Positions 36,837-45,762 of a DNA stretch of 64,000 bases are shown here, piece by piece. Every line of letters starts with the position of its first letter. Positions within the stretch are counted from its first letter, which is position 1. Source of the DNA: Gemmatimonadota bacterium (lineage in GTDB: Bacteria > Gemmatimonadota > Gemmatimonadetes > Gemmatimonadales > GWC2-71-9). The notes beneath the pieces were generated by a model, which was given only the letters and a program-made list of their open reading frames with translations, had not been told where the DNA came from and did not search any database. The stretch is from positions 9,753 through 73,752 of the forward strand of contig JADFPO010000005.1 in assembly GCA_022562295.1 (NCBI GenBank), in the 5' to 3' direction. The position numbers and the translations under genes are program-made.

Positions 36837-38675
36837 TTACGGCAACCCTCGGCGTTGTCGCCAACCCCACTCGAGCAACAGGGCTGCCATGGCCAGGAAG
36901 TACAGCCACCACATTTCGCGGGCGCGGCGCACGATCAATTGGAACGCGGACTCGCTCAGGCTAGCCACGAGGGTTACCCTGCGCAAATGAAACTCATCGG
37001 AGTAGCCTTCTACGACGGTCACACCACCGGCACCACGCACCCCGCGCGCCGTCCACCGATACATCCCCGGATCGAGCAAGACCAAGGCAACTCCTCCCGC
37101 GTCGAAGTGAAGCACGGCCGCGAAGGTAGAATCTGCACCGGCTAACGTCACCACGGCCGAATCCGGCACTTCGTCATCGTGCCATCTGAAAGCGACCGGC
37201 ACACCGCGCTGAGTCACGTCATCGGCGGTCAGCACCGCGTCATGCCGGACGGCCTCGCTTTGCAACAGCCAATCGGTCCCGACCGCGATGAAAGTGCGGT
37301 AGGTCTCACGGGCCGCTGTGCCACGCAGCACCCAGCGCCACAAACCGAATCCGGCAGTGGTAAGGGTGCGTGATCCCGCCGAATCGCGGCCCACCAACAA
37401 CGGTCGGTCGGCGCCCCGCCGCGCAAGTCGTCCGGTCAACCCGATCCACTCCCCATCTCCTGGGACCAGCGGCACGATACCCGTCAGCGGGGGGACCGAA
37501 TCCAAAGCCGCCGCCGCGAGCCGCCCCGCGACCGGCGACGCCGGGGGAGTCGGCGTCACGTACCAATCACCCTCGAAGAACTCGGTAGTTGGGTCGCTCG
37601 CCGCCGGCCAGTACCAAACCGCGGCCGCCCCGTCGGCAAGCCCAAGCGCGTCGCGCCCCCGAATCACCAAGAGTGCCGCCGCCCTCGCGGCGGCGCGAAC
37701 CGCGGCCTCGCCGACCGGGCTGAACGATCCCATATCGATCCACAGCCCGCTGCTCACCCTGGCAAACCCACGCACGCTGGTGCGGGCCACCTCGGCCATC
37801 TCATTGACCAGAAACCGACCTTCGGTATCGGCGGGATCCACGATCACGACAATGGCCGGCTGCGTCGTGACGGTGATGGGCCGGTGGCGCTCGTTGTCAC
37901 CGCTCTCTCCGTCGTTGGCGACGTCCAAGTGAAACCGCAGCACGTGGGACCCCGTGGCAAGCAGCCCCGGAGGCAGCGTGACGGAGCGGCGCGCCGTCCC
38001 CGGCGCAGGCGGCAACGCCAGCCGACGACGCAGCAAGCGGCGCTCTCCCACAAACACCTCGATGGCGGCAGCGGTGTCCACGTCGCCCCATGTACCGATG
38101 ACGAGCGTCACCGCGATGGAGTCGGCGCGCGGAACCCGTCGGCTCATCACCACATCCAACAGCGCCGCGTTCGGTACCGTGTCCCTCGGGAGCACGACGG
38201 CACTCACCCGGTGGGCGAGGCTCGGCGGCAGAGTCGCGACGTCGGGAATCTCACCATCGGAGACTACATATACGGCTCCGCCGCGTGCGACGCTCGCCTC
38301 CAACGCATCGCGTAAACGCGACGTGCCATAACTGGGGGTGGTGCTGTCGAACACGGCAAGTCCCGAACCGAACCGGAAGATCGTGCCCGCCGGCCCACCC
38401 TGACCACGCGCCAAGGTTCGCGCCGTGTCAAGCGCCTCCTGCCAATGTCCGCCACCAGCCGCCATGCTCAACGATGCATCCAGCAGGACGGTGGGAGCCC
38501 CCGGCGCGGCGCGGCGCAGCCAACCCGGGTTGAAAAGCACCAGAAAGAGCGCTCCGAACGCAACGGTTCGCAATAACGCGAGTGCGAGGCCCTCGGGCCC
38601 GAGGCGCTCGCGGCCGAGATACACGACCCCGGCGACCACGGCACTCGCAACGGTCGCAACGATGGCCGCGATCAT
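36837..38675 (-). CDS. Membrane protein with VWA-like domain (DxSxS MIDAS-type motif), function unknown
   Basis: 612 aa. It has two N-terminal TM helices, then VLLDASLSMAAGG, then a long extracytoplasmic region. A C-terminal TM helix ends in ...LLLEWGWRQRRGLP, resembling Bat/aerotolerance-type proteins. Confidence 0.5.
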   Translation of the reverse strand: MIAAIVATVASAVVAGVVYLGRERLGPEGLALALLRTVAFGALFLVLFNPGWLRRAAPGAPTVLLDASLSMAAGGGHWQEALDTARTLARGQGGPAGTIFRFGSGLAVFDSTTPSYGTSRLRDALEASVARGGAVYVVSDGEIPDVATLPPSLAHRVSAVVLPRDTVPNAALLDVVMSRRVPRADSIAVTLVIGTWGDVDTAAAIEVFVGERRLLRRRLALPPAPGTARRSVTLPPGLLATGSHVLRFHLDVANDGESGDNERHRPITVTTQPAIVVIVDPADTEGRFLVNEMAEVARTSVRGFARVSSGLWIDMGSFSPVGEAAVRAAARAAALLVIRGRDALGLADGAAAVWYWPAASDPTTEFFEGDWYVTPTPPASPVAGRLAAAALDSVPPLTGIVPLVPGDGEWIGLTGRLARRGADRPLLVGRDSAGSRTLTTAGFGLWRWVLRGTAARETYRTFIAVGTDWLLQSEAVRHDAVLTADDVTQRGVPVAFRWHDDEVPDSAVVTLAGADSTFAAVLHFDAGGVALVLLDPGMYRWTARGVRGAGGVTVVEGYSDEFHLRRVTLVASLSESAFQLIVRRAREMWWLYFLAMAALLLEWGWRQRRGLP

Positions 38676-38860
38676 TCGAGCGCCCCTGTCACGTCGCTAA
38701 AGGCGCCGCGGCAACTGGGAACGGTGTGGGAGGTGGGCAAACCAACGTCGACAGTGCGAGAACCGTTAGGAAGTGGGACTGCCATCCTTGTCAATCTAAC
38801 CACGGGCGACCCCCGCGCCCATCGAGTCGGCGGTCGTGGCGCCTCCTGTGGCGTCACACG

Positions 38861-38888
38861 AAAACGACCCGGCGGCGGGGCCGAGTCG
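38861..38888 (-). terminator. Rho-independent terminator downstream of the M23 peptidase gene
   Basis: The minus strand reads CGACUCGGC-CCCGCC-GCCGGGUCG-UUUU. That is a 9-bp stem (one G-U pair), a 6-nt loop and a U4 tract. It starts about 30 nt after the stop at 38921. Confidence 0.6.
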
Positions 38889-38920
38889 CTGAGAATATTG
38901 CCGGGCGTTAATCCGCAGCG

Positions 38921-40189
38921 CTAGTTGCTCGCCACCGCTGGACGTGCCGCGCCATCCGCAACCAGAGCCGCGTTTAATGTCGCTTTGGCCTTTTCGAACT
39001 CCGGACGCAATTCGTCGGATACCGGGTCGCCATCGCCGAGATCGACTCCGCGCGAGTCGACTTGACGGCCATTCTTCAGAAACTCGTAATGCACGTGCGG
39101 ACCCGTCGCGAGTCCAGTCATCCCGACGTATCCAATCGTTTGTCCTTGTGTCACGCGCACGCCCGGGCGAATACCCGGGGCTACACGGCTCATGTGGGCG
39201 TAGCGGGTCTCGACGGCCTTGGGATGGCGGATCGTCACGACGATGCCGTAACCGCCCCACCGTCCGCTCCTCCGAACGACGCCGTCCGCAGTAGCTCGGA
39301 TCGGAGAGCCCGAAACGGCCGCGTAGTCCGTGCCCAGATGGGCGCGGTAGCGACGCAACACGGGGTGATAGCGGCGTCCGAATCCACCGGAGATCCGCCG
39401 AAACTGAACGGGATACCGCAAGAACGCGCGGCGCAGCGACCGGCCCTCGGCATCGTAATACACGTTGTGGTTTCTCTCGTCCGAGATCACATAGGCCGTG
39501 TTCGGCTCTCCACCGGTTTCGATGCTTGCGGCCAGCAGGCGGCCGTAGCGGACATCCCCTGCCGACGAGATCAGCCGCTCATACAGGATATGAAATTCAT
39601 CGCCCGGACGAATGTCACGATAGAAGTCTATGACCCAACCGTACACATCTTCCGCGACGTTCCACATCAACCGATCCCGCTCACCGAAAGGAAGGATGGA
39701 ATCCGGGATCGCCCGGTGGATCCCGTTGTTCAGGGACGAACCGATCGAGCCGGTGACTCGCTCCCGCACAATCGTCCATTGCACAGGATCCAACGTGCTC
39801 GCCCACTGGCCGTCCGCATCGCGGTCCAACCGCAGGAATTCATCGTCGTTGATGCGTAGTGTCACGCGGTCGGGAGAATCCCTTCCAACCACGTACCGCA
39901 GCATAAAACGCTGGCGTGGCGTGATGCCACGTGGGTTGAGCCCGCCCTCGCGCGCCACTTTCAGCAGCTGCAACAGCTCGACGCCTGCGATGTCGTGCCG
40001 CGCGAACATGTGAGACAGCGTCTCGTTGCGGCGCAAGTTGTCCGTCTGCACGACGTACGCAGTCGTGACCACGATAGGGGCTGCAACCGGAATTCGTCGG
40101 GCCAATCCTGCCGAGGCCGCGCTCCACGCGACGAGCACCGCCACAACCACGGCCCCCGGGATCCCGAAGCGGATCAGTTGACGGCGCAT
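38921..40189 (-). CDS. M23-family (LytM-type) peptidoglycan metalloendopeptidase
   Basis: 422 aa with an N-terminal TM or signal segment. Catalytic motifs HLGTDYAA (HxxxD) and GPHVHYEF (HxH) are intact. The ATG shares 1 nt with the ftsZ stop (TGATG at 40187-40191). Confidence 0.85.
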   Translation of the reverse strand: MRRQLIRFGIPGAVVVAVLVAWSAASAGLARRIPVAAPIVVTTAYVVQTDNLRRNETLSHMFARHDIAGVELLQLLKVAREGGLNPRGITPRQRFMLRYVVGRDSPDRVTLRINDDEFLRLDRDADGQWASTLDPVQWTIVRERVTGSIGSSLNNGIHRAIPDSILPFGERDRLMWNVAEDVYGWVIDFYRDIRPGDEFHILYERLISSAGDVRYGRLLAASIETGGEPNTAYVISDERNHNVYYDAEGRSLRRAFLRYPVQFRRISGGFGRRYHPVLRRYRAHLGTDYAAVSGSPIRATADGVVRRSGRWGGYGIVVTIRHPKAVETRYAHMSRVAPGIRPGVRVTQGQTIGYVGMTGLATGPHVHYEFLKNGRQVDSRGVDLGDGDPVSDELRPEFEKAKATLNAALVADGAARPAVASN

Positions 40190-41325
40190 CAGTCCATCTG
40201 CCGCCTGATGAAGGTCGGGATCTCCATCTCCGGGATCTCGCCTTCCGCCTGTCCCTCTGAGGCCGTTGGTGACGGCGGCACCGCGTGGGAACCGGACGCG
40301 CGCTGGGGGAATTGGAGGACGCCGGGAACACCACCACGTCCCAGAGCGCTTTCCTGCTGCTCTATGGTCTTATCGAAGCCGGTCGCAATGACCGTTACCC
40401 GGATTTCTCCCTCCATAGCCGGATCGTTGACGGCGCCGAAAATGATTTCCGCTTGGTCTCCGGCGGCATCGTGAACGATTTCGCTGATCTGGTTCACTTC
40501 CCCCAGCGTGAGATCTTCACCGCCGGTGATGTTCACCAAAACGCCGGTCGATCCGTTGATCGATACGTTGTCCAGCAACGGGCTCGAAATGGCTTCCTGC
40601 GCGGCTTCGAGCGCACGGTCATCGCCGCGCCCAATGCCGGTGCCCATGAGCGCAGCGCCACCGTGTTGCATCACGGTCCGCACGTCCGCAAAATCGACGT
40701 TGACCATGCCGGTGATCGTTATGAGCGTCGAGATGCCTTGAGTGGCCTGCAGCAAGACTTCGTCGGCTTTCTTGAGGGCCTCCTGGAAGGGGACGTTCTT
40801 GCCGACTACTGCGAGTAGGCGCTCATTCGGAACGACGACCATCGTGTCCACCCGTTTGCGCATTTCCGCGATGCCGATCTCAGCCTGACGCATCCGCTTT
40901 CGACCCTCGAACAGGAACGGCTTCGTGATGATCCCGACGGTCAGCGCCCCAACGTCACGCGCTAGCTGTGAGATGATCGGAGCTGCGCCAGTGCCCGTAC
41001 CGCCCCCCATGCCGCACGTCACGAAGACGAGGTCGGCCCCGTCGAGGGCATGGAGCACGTCGTCCTTGTTCTCCTCGATCGCCTGCCGGCCGATCTCCGG
41101 CCGCGCCCCAGCACCCAGCCCGCGGGTGAGCTTCTTACCGATCTGGACTTTTACGTCGGCCTTGGTGTTCATCAATGCCTGCGCGTCGGTGTTGACCGTG
41201 ATGAACTCCACACCCGTCAGATGTTCGGCAATCATGCGGTTGACCGCGTTGCCGCCGCCGCCACCCACACCAACGACTTTCATGTGAGCGTTCAGCGAAA
41301 TCGCTTCCTCGAGTTCAAAAACCAT
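40189..41325 (-). CDS. ftsZ: Cell division protein FtsZ
   Basis: 378 aa with the GGGTGTGAAP tubulin signature and NTDAQAL. Confidence 0.95.
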   Translation of the reverse strand: MVFELEEAISLNAHMKVVGVGGGGGNAVNRMIAEHLTGVEFITVNTDAQALMNTKADVKVQIGKKLTRGLGAGARPEIGRQAIEENKDDVLHALDGADLVFVTCGMGGGTGTGAAPIISQLARDVGALTVGIITKPFLFEGRKRMRQAEIGIAEMRKRVDTMVVVPNERLLAVVGKNVPFQEALKKADEVLLQATQGISTLITITGMVNVDFADVRTVMQHGGAALMGTGIGRGDDRALEAAQEAISSPLLDNVSINGSTGVLVNITGGEDLTLGEVNQISEIVHDAAGDQAEIIFGAVNDPAMEGEIRVTVIATGFDKTIEQQESALGRGGVPGVLQFPQRASGSHAVPPSPTASEGQAEGEIPEMEIPTFIRRQMD

Positions 41326-41334
41326 TCGCGCCTC

Positions 41335-42567
41335 TTAGAAGAAGTCCTGTAACCACCGCTTCACCGGACTGATCAGTCGCTCCACACCGGATGCTGTATC
41401 CGCCGCGCTCTGCAACGTCTCGTGCGCCGCGAACAACGCCAAGCCAACCGGCACCGCATATCGCGGCGCTTGAACGCTGTCTACCAACCCGGAAATACCC
41501 TGGTGCGGCATCCCCACCCGCGCTGGAGTCGCAAACGCCTCGCGCGCTAATTCGACGATGCCCGGAAGGTGTGCGCCCCCTCCGGTTACGACGATCCCAG
41601 CCGGAAGATTGCCCGCAAAGCCTCGTTTTTCAATTTCGTCCTGGACCAAACCAAGGATCTCGTCCAAGCGCTGGTGAATAATATGGGCAAGTAGTTCCCT
41701 TTTTGCTTGCCGTACCCCTTGACCGGGGGTGCTGGGAAGACTGATCGACTCGTCGGGATCCACCAGCGGCGTGTACGCCACCCCCCACTTTTCCTTCAGA
41801 CGGTCTGCGTCTACCTGTGTCACACTGAGTCCTTGCACAATGTCGCTGGTCAGGTGCGAACCGGCGTAGGGCAGGGACATCACATGCTGCACCTTCCCAT
41901 CTTTGAAGATCGCGGCGCCGGTAGATCCGCCGCCGAGGTCGATCAGAGCGCACCCCAATTCCCGTTCTTCCTGGGTCAGCACGGCAAGCGAGCTGGCAAG
42001 CGGCTCGAGCACGAGCTGCTGGACCCGGTACCCGGCACGCTGCACGGACTTGCGGAGATTCTGGGCCGCGGCGGTTTGCACCGAAACGAGGTACATCTGG
42101 ACCTCGAGGCGGAGTCCTGTCATCCCCACCGGGTCGCTGATGCCATCCTGAGCGTCCACCTTGTATTCCTGCGGTATGGAGTGGAGCAGATCACGTTCCG
42201 GTCCCAGGCTGATCGCGGTTGCGACCTCGTTCACGCGCTCGACGTCGGCGCGCAGGATTTCCTCACCGGTCACGGAGGCCAGGCCGTCGGAAGTTCTGAC
42301 CTGGATGTGTTCCCCCGCGATGCCGCAATACAAATCCGGCGCCTGCACGCCCGCCATGCGCTCGGCGTCGCGCATCGCGTCGACGATCGACCGAGTGGTT
42401 TCCTCTATATCCCGCACCACGCCGCGGCGGACGCCAGTCTCCCGCGACACACCCACTCCGAGCACCTTCACGCCACTTACCCGCACGTCGCCTGTGACCT
42501 GCCCGATGATAGCACAGGTGCGAGTGCTACCAAGGTCCAACCCCGCCACGATACCTTCGACCTTCAC
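41335..42567 (-). CDS. ftsA: Cell division protein FtsA
   Basis: 410 aa, actin-like ATPase (LDLGSTRTCAIIG..., IDLGGGSTGAAIF). Confidence 0.9.
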   Translation of the reverse strand: MKVEGIVAGLDLGSTRTCAIIGQVTGDVRVSGVKVLGVGVSRETGVRRGVVRDIEETTRSIVDAMRDAERMAGVQAPDLYCGIAGEHIQVRTSDGLASVTGEEILRADVERVNEVATAISLGPERDLLHSIPQEYKVDAQDGISDPVGMTGLRLEVQMYLVSVQTAAAQNLRKSVQRAGYRVQQLVLEPLASSLAVLTQEERELGCALIDLGGGSTGAAIFKDGKVQHVMSLPYAGSHLTSDIVQGLSVTQVDADRLKEKWGVAYTPLVDPDESISLPSTPGQGVRQAKRELLAHIIHQRLDEILGLVQDEIEKRGFAGNLPAGIVVTGGGAHLPGIVELAREAFATPARVGMPHQGISGLVDSVQAPRYAVPVGLALFAAHETLQSAADTASGVERLISPVKRWLQDFF

Positions 42568-43244
42568 GCGCCACTCCGTCGCACGATGATCCAGCCATCA
42601 AACCGGGCGTCGAGTTCATCGTATTCACGCTGGCCTGCCGCCAGGTGCTGCCGAACCGCCTGCACCGCATCGAGGAGATCGGACGACGGCAGATTGGGCA
42701 GGAGGATGCGCCGATCACCCACGGTCAGGCCGATGCCCCCACCGCGGTCGAAATCCACCCAACCCACTTGATGGTACAGATCCGGATTCGCGAAGCGAAC
42801 CGCTCCCAGCACGGCGACGAGTTGGGTGTCCGGGTGGGCCACGACCGGCAGATCCAAGCCGTTTTCGGTCGGGTCGTAGGGCAGCGGCCTGGCCCGCGCG
42901 TCAAGCGTCACGAACCCCTGCGGCCCCGGTGCGAAGGCCATCGGCATCCGCTCGGTCACCACAAGGCGCAGCGTCCCTGGTAGGCGTCGCACCACCCTGG
43001 AGCTGGTAACACCCGCAACGCGGAGGGCTCGCTCCTCCATGGCCTTCAAGTCGTCGAACAGGTTCTGATCCGGCTGCAGCGCCAACGCCTCCAGGACCGC
43101 ATCTGGAGATAGGTACCGCACGCCGAGAAGCTCCACTTGTCGCACCCGGAAGAAATCAAGACGACGCAACAGGAGCGGCGTCACCAGAAGCGCAGTCACT
43201 GCCACTGCTCCGCTGGCGAGGAAGAGAACCATGCGGCGCTTCAT
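42564..43244 (-). CDS. ftsQ: Cell division protein FtsQ (POTRA domain)
   Basis: 226 aa. An N-terminal TM helix is followed by FRVRQVELLGVRYLSPDAVLEAL (POTRA). Its position between murC and ftsA fits. Confidence 0.8.
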   Translation of the reverse strand: MKRRMVLFLASGAVAVTALLVTPLLLRRLDFFRVRQVELLGVRYLSPDAVLEALALQPDQNLFDDLKAMEERALRVAGVTSSRVVRRLPGTLRLVVTERMPMAFAPGPQGFVTLDARARPLPYDPTENGLDLPVVAHPDTQLVAVLGAVRFANPDLYHQVGWVDFDRGGGIGLTVGDRRILLPNLPSSDLLDAVQAVRQHLAAGQREYDELDARFDGWIIVRRSGA

Positions 43245-44620
43245 GCGGCCGCGTCGGCTAATCGATGGAGCAGTTCGCTTGCGACGTCAGTTATGTCACC
43301 GGCACCAAGCGTGAACACCACGTCTCTTTCACGCCCGACATCCGCCAACGAGGCAGCGAGATCGTCGCGGTTCGGTACCCACATCACCTCGGCGCCCGCC
43401 CGTCGAGCGGCCTCTGCGACCAACTGGCCGGTAACCCCTGGAATAGGCGCCTCCCTCGCAGCGTACACGTCGGTCACCACCACCAGATCCGCGTCGGCGA
43501 GCGCCCGGCCGAGCTGTTCACTTTGGCGCTGCGTGCGACTGAAAAGGTGGGGTTGAAACGCCACCACGAGGCGGGCGCCGGGGAACCGCTGCCGAGCGGC
43601 GAGAATCGTCGCCGACACCTCGGTGGCGTGGTGCGCATAATCATCCACCACTGTCACACCCCGCTGGGTGCCCAAGACTTGAAAACGCCGGCCCACTCCG
43701 TCGAACGAAGCGAGCGCCGCAACCGTGGCATCGACATCGGCCTCGACCACTGCGGCGACTCCCACGACCATCGCTGCATTGCGCAAGTTGTGCATGCCTG
43801 GAATCCGCAGTTCCAGCCGCACAACCCGACCACCGGGCAAGGCAAGATCCGCCTGTGTAATCCGAGGGTGCTGCTCCACTTGGGTTATCCGCACGTCGGC
43901 GTCGGGCGCGGTGCCAACCCGCCACACCGGGACGTCCAGTTTGCGAGCGAGGTTCACGGCGCCGGCGTCGTCCGCACCCACAAGCACGTGGCTCGCCCGC
44001 CCGGCGAACTCTTCGAAGGCGTCCTCCAACGCGGACATGGATCCGTAGCACTCGAGATGTTCGGCTTCGATGTTCGTCACGACCACGACGTCGGGATCGA
44101 GGGCCAGAAAGGACTGATCGTACTCGTCGGCCTCGACCACAAACAACTCATCGCTTCCGATGCGCGCGTTTCCGCCCCACGATGCTACGCGGCCACCAAG
44201 GATTCCGGTGGGGTCCCTACCCGCCGCGGCGAGCGCTTCCGTCGCCATGGCGGTGGTGGTGGTCTTCCCGTGCGTACCGGCAACCGCTATTACGAACCCA
44301 TCGCGCACCAGTAGTCCCAACGCTTCTGCTCTGCGAAACACGGGAATACCGGCCGCGGCCGCGGCTTGCAGCACCGGATGCGCCGACCCGACCGCCGAGG
44401 TGTGCACCACGGCTCGCGCGTCACGCACCTGGGCAACATCGTGACCGGCATGCACCTCAATCCCCGCCGCGATAACGTCGGTGGCATTCGTCAGATCGAT
44501 GTCGCTTCCGGTGACTGCAATCCCCCGGCGCCGGGCCACGAGGGCAAGGGCACCGATTCCCGCACCTGCGATCCCCATGAAGTGAATCGGTCGGGGATTT
44601 TCCGGGGCAAACAGTTCCAT
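43241..44620 (-). CDS. murC: UDP-N-acetylmuramate--L-alanine ligase
   Basis: 459 aa with ...IHFMGIAGAGIGALA... and GTHGKTTTTAM. Confidence 0.9.
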   Translation of the reverse strand: MELFAPENPRPIHFMGIAGAGIGALALVARRRGIAVTGSDIDLTNATDVIAAGIEVHAGHDVAQVRDARAVVHTSAVGSAHPVLQAAAAAGIPVFRRAEALGLLVRDGFVIAVAGTHGKTTTTAMATEALAAAGRDPTGILGGRVASWGGNARIGSDELFVVEADEYDQSFLALDPDVVVVTNIEAEHLECYGSMSALEDAFEEFAGRASHVLVGADDAGAVNLARKLDVPVWRVGTAPDADVRITQVEQHPRITQADLALPGGRVVRLELRIPGMHNLRNAAMVVGVAAVVEADVDATVAALASFDGVGRRFQVLGTQRGVTVVDDYAHHATEVSATILAARQRFPGARLVVAFQPHLFSRTQRQSEQLGRALADADLVVVTDVYAAREAPIPGVTGQLVAEAARRAGAEVMWVPNRDDLAASLADVGRERDVVFTLGAGDITDVASELLHRLADAAA

Positions 44621-44670
44621 TGATGGGATGCTAATATAAAGCTAAGTGTAGATTTACGAAAGACTTTGGC
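44621..44670 (-). promoter_or_regulatory. AT-rich (18 of 50 nt G+C) spacer between murG and murC; candidate internal promoter
   Basis: I counted the bases directly. The minus strand contains TATATT (44633-44638) 12 nt upstream of the murC ATG. There is no convincing -35 element, so promoter function is only an inference. Confidence 0.25.
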
Positions 44671-45762
44671 CTAGTCAGCGAGCCTCAAAAGTTGCTCGGC
44701 AATTCGCGTGGCGGCTTCTGGATGTGATCGCTCAGTCGCTTTTCGAGCCATGTCAGCGAGGCGTTCGGGTGAACTCAGAAGCTGTTTGATGTGGTGCGCC
44801 AGCCCGGAGGGGTCGAGCGCCGACTCGGGCACGTGTAGCGCCGAACCGGCGTGGACCAGCGCCAGCGCGTTCTTGGTTTGGTGATCCGCTGCCGCGCTCG
44901 GCAGTGGAATGAGGATCGCCGGTAACCCCCACGCCGACAGTTCCGCCGTGGTCAGCGCTCCGGCGCGCCCGACGACCAAATCGGCGGCACCATACGCAGC
45001 CGAGACTGGATCCCAGAAGGGCTTCACCTGTATACCGGGTGGCGCGTGGTGCCGCTCGAACTCGGTCCACGTACCCTTCCCCGTGCTCCACAACACGGTC
45101 ACGCCATCAAGCGCGCCCGCGTCCAGAGCGGCCGACAATGCACGATTGATGCTCCTGGCACCCTGGCTGCCCCCAACGACGAAGCACACCATTGCTTCGG
45201 CCTCGATGCCAAGAGCGCTGCGGGCCGAACCACGATCGGGGTGATCGGGCGGCGGCGTGATGGGATTGCCGAAGGCGAAGATCTCGGTGTGATCGCCCGG
45301 GCGGAGGTGCGCCTTCGCCTCCGGAAAGCCGAGGTGGATCTGCGCGGCGCTGCGGGCCAACAATCGAGTGGTGATTCCCGGATAGGCGTTCTGTTCCTGA
45401 AGTGCGACCGGTATGCCGCGGCGGCGGCAGGCAAGGAGCATCGGGCCCGCTGCGTACCCGCCGGTGCCGACGGCAAAGGTCGGGTTCTCGCGCTCGAGGA
45501 TGCCGTAGCACTGCCGCATCACGCCGCGAGCTCTCCAGAACCACCGCGCGTTACGCCACCAGGCACGCCGGTGGATCGGTTCGACCGCAACCAGGTGGTA
45601 CCGATGGCGACCCCGCCGCGGCAGAAGCTCCGCCTCGATCCCGCGCTCGGCCCCCACCAAAACCGGCTCGAGATCGGAGCGAAGGGTTTCAAGGGCATCC
45701 GCCAACGCGAGCATCGGCATGAGGTGGCCACCCGTCCCACCCCCAGCAAGCAGCACCTTCAT
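44671..45762 (-). CDS. murG: Undecaprenyldiphospho-muramoylpentapeptide beta-N-acetylglucosaminyltransferase
   Basis: ORF 44671..46191. The true start is MKVLLAGGGTGGHLMP at 45762 (4-nt overlap with the ftsW stop). The upstream 143 codons are out-of-frame run-through of ftsW. Confidence 0.9.
   Translation of the reverse strand: MKVLLAGGGTGGHLMPMLALADALETLRSDLEPVLVGAERGIEAELLPRRGRHRYHLVAVEPIHRRAWWRNARWFWRARGVMRQCYGILERENPTFAVGTGGYAAGPMLLACRRRGIPVALQEQNAYPGITTRLLARSAAQIHLGFPEAKAHLRPGDHTEIFAFGNPITPPPDHPDRGSARSALGIEAEAMVCFVVGGSQGARSINRALSAALDAGALDGVTVLWSTGKGTWTEFERHHAPPGIQVKPFWDPVSAAYGAADLVVGRAGALTTAELSAWGLPAILIPLPSAAADHQTKNALALVHAGSALHVPESALDPSGLAHHIKQLLSSPERLADMARKATERSHPEAATRIAEQLLRLAD

Noticed and set aside
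38766-38794. Sigma-70-like promoter (TTGACA, 17 nt, TCCTAA) upstream of the VWA-like gene
   Set aside because: The -35 element is perfect but the -10 candidate matches consensus poorly. Promoter consensus for this lineage is unknown, so I did not report it as a feature.
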